This document shows positions 52,337 through 55,143 of a DNA stretch of 55,143 nt, one piece after another. A program made the position numbers and the translations under genes. The stretch covers positions 1-55,143 of the IMG/VR virus record IMGVR_UViG_3300033153_005039; one strand, given 5' to 3'. The notes under the pieces were generated by a model. It was given only the letters and a program-made list of their open reading frames with translations. It was not told where the DNA came from and searched no databases. Positions within the stretch are counted from its first letter, which is position 1, and every line of letters starts with the position of its first letter. The stretch is from a virus. Lineage: Duplodnaviria; Caudoviricetes.

Positions 52337-53134
52337 ATGAACACAGACTTCAGAATCACAACAGACGCGCTAGACCACCCGAAACTGGTAAAACTTAAAC
52401 GTATGACAGGCGATGCCGGGATCATCAGCCTCATGCGGTTGTGGGGATTCACAGCCCGATACCATCCGCGCGGGGATCTGAATGATATGACCCCGGACGA
52501 TATCGAGATATCGGCGAAGTGGGAAGGTCCTGCAGGTGAGTTTTTCAACGCGATCCTGAACCTGAAATTGCTCGATGAATGCTTAGGGCAGTACTCAGTG
52601 CATGACTGGGAGGAACACAATTCATACGCCTATCATGCCCCGGAACGAACAGCTAAGGCTAAGAATGCAGCAAGGATACGATGGGCATCCCAAGAGGATG
52701 CTAGTAGCAATGCTGCGGGCAATGCGGATGGCAATGCCCCTTCTCCTAATCCTAATCCTGTTCCTGATCCTTCTCCCCCTCCTAATCCCTCTCCAAAGAA
52801 AACGCGGACGAAACCTAAGACAAAACAGCCCTCAGATAACAAGACCCGACAGATCACGGACTGTTATCAAGAGCTGTACATCAAGAGGTTCAACAAGAAA
52901 CCGATCTGGGGAGCAGTGGAAGGGAAACGAATTAAGCGTTTACTTACTGACTTCGACGGTGACGCTGACAGGATATGCACGGCATTTGAGAACGCATTCA
53001 AGTCAAAAGAAAAGTTCATGAGCGATAACGTGGGCTCCTTCATGACCTTGACGGCTAAGGCGGTAATCACTAAGGCCGATACTATAACGGGCGTTAAGGG
53101 GCCACGTATGGGCGGGAGGCCGTATTCTGAATGA
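52337..53134 (+). CDS. phage replication initiator (replisome organiser-like)
   Basis: DHPKLVKL...LMRLW, VHDWEEHN, A..RW, PNPNP linker; upstream of the helicase. Confidence 0.8.
   Translation: MNTDFRITTDALDHPKLVKLKRMTGDAGIISLMRLWGFTARYHPRGDLNDMTPDDIEISAKWEGPAGEFFNAILNLKLLDECLGQYSVHDWEEHNSYAYHAPERTAKAKNAARIRWASQEDASSNAAGNADGNAPSPNPNPVPDPSPPPNPSPKKTRTKPKTKQPSDNKTRQITDCYQELYIKRFNKKPIWGAVEGKRIKRLLTDFDGDADRICTAFENAFKSKEKFMSDNVGSFMTLTAKAVITKADTITGVKGPRMGGRPYSE
52695..52737 (+). repeat. iteron-like GCAATGC repeats at 12-bp spacing (candidate origin)
   Basis: GCAATGC at 52707, 52719 and 52731 plus a degenerate copy at 52695, inside the initiator gene as in lambdoid origins. Confidence 0.55.
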
Positions 53135-53904
53135 CTGGCTTAATCGAAAAGCAATTATTCGGAACTGTTGACAAGGTGGCGGATGCCATCAAATTGCTTC
53201 GCGCACTTGAACCGAATGATGGTTACTATCTCGCATTCAGCGGCGGTAAAGATTCTGTAACTATCAAGGCGCTGGCTGATATGGCGGGTGTTAAATACGA
53301 TGCCCATTACAGTGTGACGACAATTGATCCGCCCGAACTCGTGAGGTTTATCAGGAATAATCACACTGATGTACACTTTGAAAAGCCGCTCCATCCATAT
53401 TTTCAAGAATTCAAAACTAACGGAATGCCTTTGCGGACAACGCGATGGTGCTGTAAATTACTAAAAGAACGGGCCGGGAAGGGCAGAACCGTTTTGACTG
53501 GCGTGAGAGCAGATGAAAGCATAAAGCGGAAAGGGCGCAAGAAGGTAGAGAATTGCTTGCGTGGTAGTGGCAAGCGTTACGTTCATGTGATATTTGATTG
53601 GACCAATAACGATGTGTGGGATTTTATCAAGCAGGAAAGTTTGCCGTATTGCTCACTTTACAATGAGGGTTACAAGAGAATCGGATGCATCGCATGTCCT
53701 ATGAAGTCGGCAAAATTGCGACAGCAAGAACTTGAACGCTGGCCCAAATATAAAAGAGCTTTCAGAAATGCCTGCCTGAAATATTACAATAAGGGATTGC
53801 CATCAGTAAAGAGGTGGGAGAGCGGAGAGGCAATGTGGCAATGGTGGATTAGCGATGAGTCTTTACCGCAGTTCGATGATGATGAATTGGGATTATTCGC
53901 ATGA
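53131..53904 (+). CDS. PAPS-reductase family protein
   Basis: AFSGGKDS PP-loop, RWCC..LKE, GVRADES..R, RIGCIACP. Confidence 0.92.
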   Translation: MTGLIEKQLFGTVDKVADAIKLLRALEPNDGYYLAFSGGKDSVTIKALADMAGVKYDAHYSVTTIDPPELVRFIRNNHTDVHFEKPLHPYFQEFKTNGMPLRTTRWCCKLLKERAGKGRTVLTGVRADESIKRKGRKKVENCLRGSGKRYVHVIFDWTNNDVWDFIKQESLPYCSLYNEGYKRIGCIACPMKSAKLRQQELERWPKYKRAFRNACLKYYNKGLPSVKRWESGEAMWQWWISDESLPQFDDDELGLFA

Positions 53905-55143
53905 ACGACACACAGCCAAAACCGCCACCGCATAACCTGGAAGCTGAACGAGCCATACTCGGATGCTGTCTGCTCGATCGTCGCGCCTTGATAACCGTGC
54001 TGTCGAACGTGAAGGCCGTGGACTTCTTCCATCCACCGCACCGGATCATATTCGAGGCGATACTGGCACTGTACGAGGCGAACGTGTCCCCGGACTACGT
54101 GTCGTTAACTCAACACTTACTTACTTTAAATAACCTTGAGGCTGCCGGTGGCGGGGAGTATATCGCTGGTTTAACTAACGTGGTCCCGAGTGTCCGGAAC
54201 GCGAATCACTACGCGGAGATAGTCCGGAACGCGCACGGTTATCGCAGATTGATCCGTTTGGGCAACGAACTGCAAAAACTGGCACTAGACCCGAAGCAAA
54301 TGAGCCTGACTGATATCCAGAACCACGCCCTCGATTCCCTGATGGACATAGGAGCAGCCCAGGCCAGCGACAAGGCGCATAGTATCTTCGAGACGTCCAA
54401 TGCATCAGCTCATCACGCGCAGCTCGTTAGGGAGGGCGTGAGGCGCAAGCCAATAAATCTTGGTTATCAGTGCCTTAACGAGCGTGTCGGACTTGAACCG
54501 GGTAATCTGGCATTCATCGGTGGCTATACGTCAACAGGCAAAACGACACTCGCAGTGAATATAGTCAAGAGGATGGTGCTTGCAGGGGAGTCAGTTCTAT
54601 TCCTGAGCATGGAAATGACAGAGCGGGAGATTGATCACAAGTTCGCATCCTGTATTACGGGACTGAGAGGCGGCGTTTTTAAATACGGTAATTTCTGGGA
54701 CCCAGGGACGTATCCTGAAGAATGGCGCGTATATACTGACGCGATAGTGCAGATGGATGAAAAGCTCTGGATTAAGCATGTTGATCGTAATCCAACAGAC
54801 AAGAATATCTCGCGAATCGTCAAGCAGGAAATGCTTGAACATCCACAAATCGGGCTTGTCGTGATCGATTATCTACAGCAAATCGAGTTGGATACAAATA
54901 GTTACGTGACTGAATATTTCAGAGTCAGTGAAGTTACGCGGGCAATGAAGCGGATGGTGAACGAGTGCAAGGTTGCCGGGTTGGTACTGTCGCAATTCAA
55001 TCGACCGGACAGGGGGGACCCGAATCGACCACCGCGATTAACCGACATGCGCGGGTCCGGTGTCATTGAGGAAGTGGGCGGGATGCTGTTTTTAATCAAC
55101 GTGATTGGAGGCAAGGGTGAGGATATTGACGGTAAGTTAGTGG
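53901..55143 (+). CDS. dnaB: DnaB-like replicative helicase (absent from ORF track because it runs off the end; finishes at 189)
   Basis: PPHNLEAERAILG, Walker A GYTSTGKT, FLSMEM, VIDYLQ, LSQFNR, PRLTDMRGSG.IE. Confidence 0.95.
   Translation, partial: MNDTQPKPPPHNLEAERAILGCCLLDRRALITVLSNVKAVDFFHPPHRIIFEAILALYEANVSPDYVSLTQHLLTLNNLEAAGGGEYIAGLTNVVPSVRNANHYAEIVRNAHGYRRLIRLGNELQKLALDPKQMSLTDIQNHALDSLMDIGAAQASDKAHSIFETSNASAHHAQLVREGVRRKPINLGYQCLNERVGLEPGNLAFIGGYTSTGKTTLAVNIVKRMVLAGESVLFLSMEMTEREIDHKFASCITGLRGGVFKYGNFWDPGTYPEEWRVYTDAIVQMDEKLWIKHVDRNPTDKNISRIVKQEMLEHPQIGLVVIDYLQQIELDTNSYVTEYFRVSEVTRAMKRMVNECKVAGLVLSQFNRPDRGDPNRPPRLTDMRGSGVIEEVGGMLFLINVIGGKGEDIDGKLV
55107..55143. repeat. terminal repeat copy
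   Basis: Identical to 1-37. Confidence 0.97.

Noticed and set aside
52738-52795. CCTAAT/CCT low-complexity tract as a separate repeat element
   Set aside because: It encodes the PNPNPVPDPSPPPNPSP linker usual in phage replication initiators.
1-55143. Apparent abundance of ATCGAT/GATC as a HIP1-like repeat
   Set aside because: It is plausibly explained by ATC-GAT (Ile-Asp) codon usage, and I could not count it against a codon-aware null.

Overview
This window is almost certainly one complete, circularly permuted tailed-phage genome of about 55.1 kb. Bases 1-37 are identical to 55107-55143, and the DnaB helicase ORF reads through that junction. A divergent control region at about 49.3-50.0 kb splits the genome into two arms. 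The rightward arm carries two DNA methyltransferases, a replication initiator, a PAPS-reductase-like gene and DnaB. After the wrap it continues with small genes, a ParB-methyltransferase, TerS, a 4-kb accessory block, TerL, a Mu-like head module, a non-contractile tail module, holin-like genes and a glycosyltransferase/methyltransferase cluster. The leftward arm carries an HTH repressor-like gene, a PD-(D/E)XK exonuclease, a Gp3/RDF-like protein, a J-domain protein, a GH24 lysozyme, an ASCH protein and many tiny genes. I saw no integrase, transposase, tRNA, CRISPR array or reverse transcriptase. The most unusual signals are these. (1) Small accessory genes are joined or flanked by exact RBS/start/stop junction repeats; three consecutive unrelated proteins all end in EDGS, which suggests cassette shuffling by recombination at translation-initiation sites. 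(2) The virion has two paralogous tail-tube genes 10 kb apart, two paralogous decoration genes, and one ~60-aa beta module present four times in neck/tail proteins, all co-oriented with a Maf/DUF115-like glycosylation cluster. (3) There are several structured RNAs: an rrn-boxA-like tandem leader, an anti-Shine-Dalgarno sRNA candidate and an attenuator-like leader. (4) Two homologous moron promoters and a recurrent GGAGCGT ribosome-binding motif occur. All product calls come from motif recognition by eye, not database searches.
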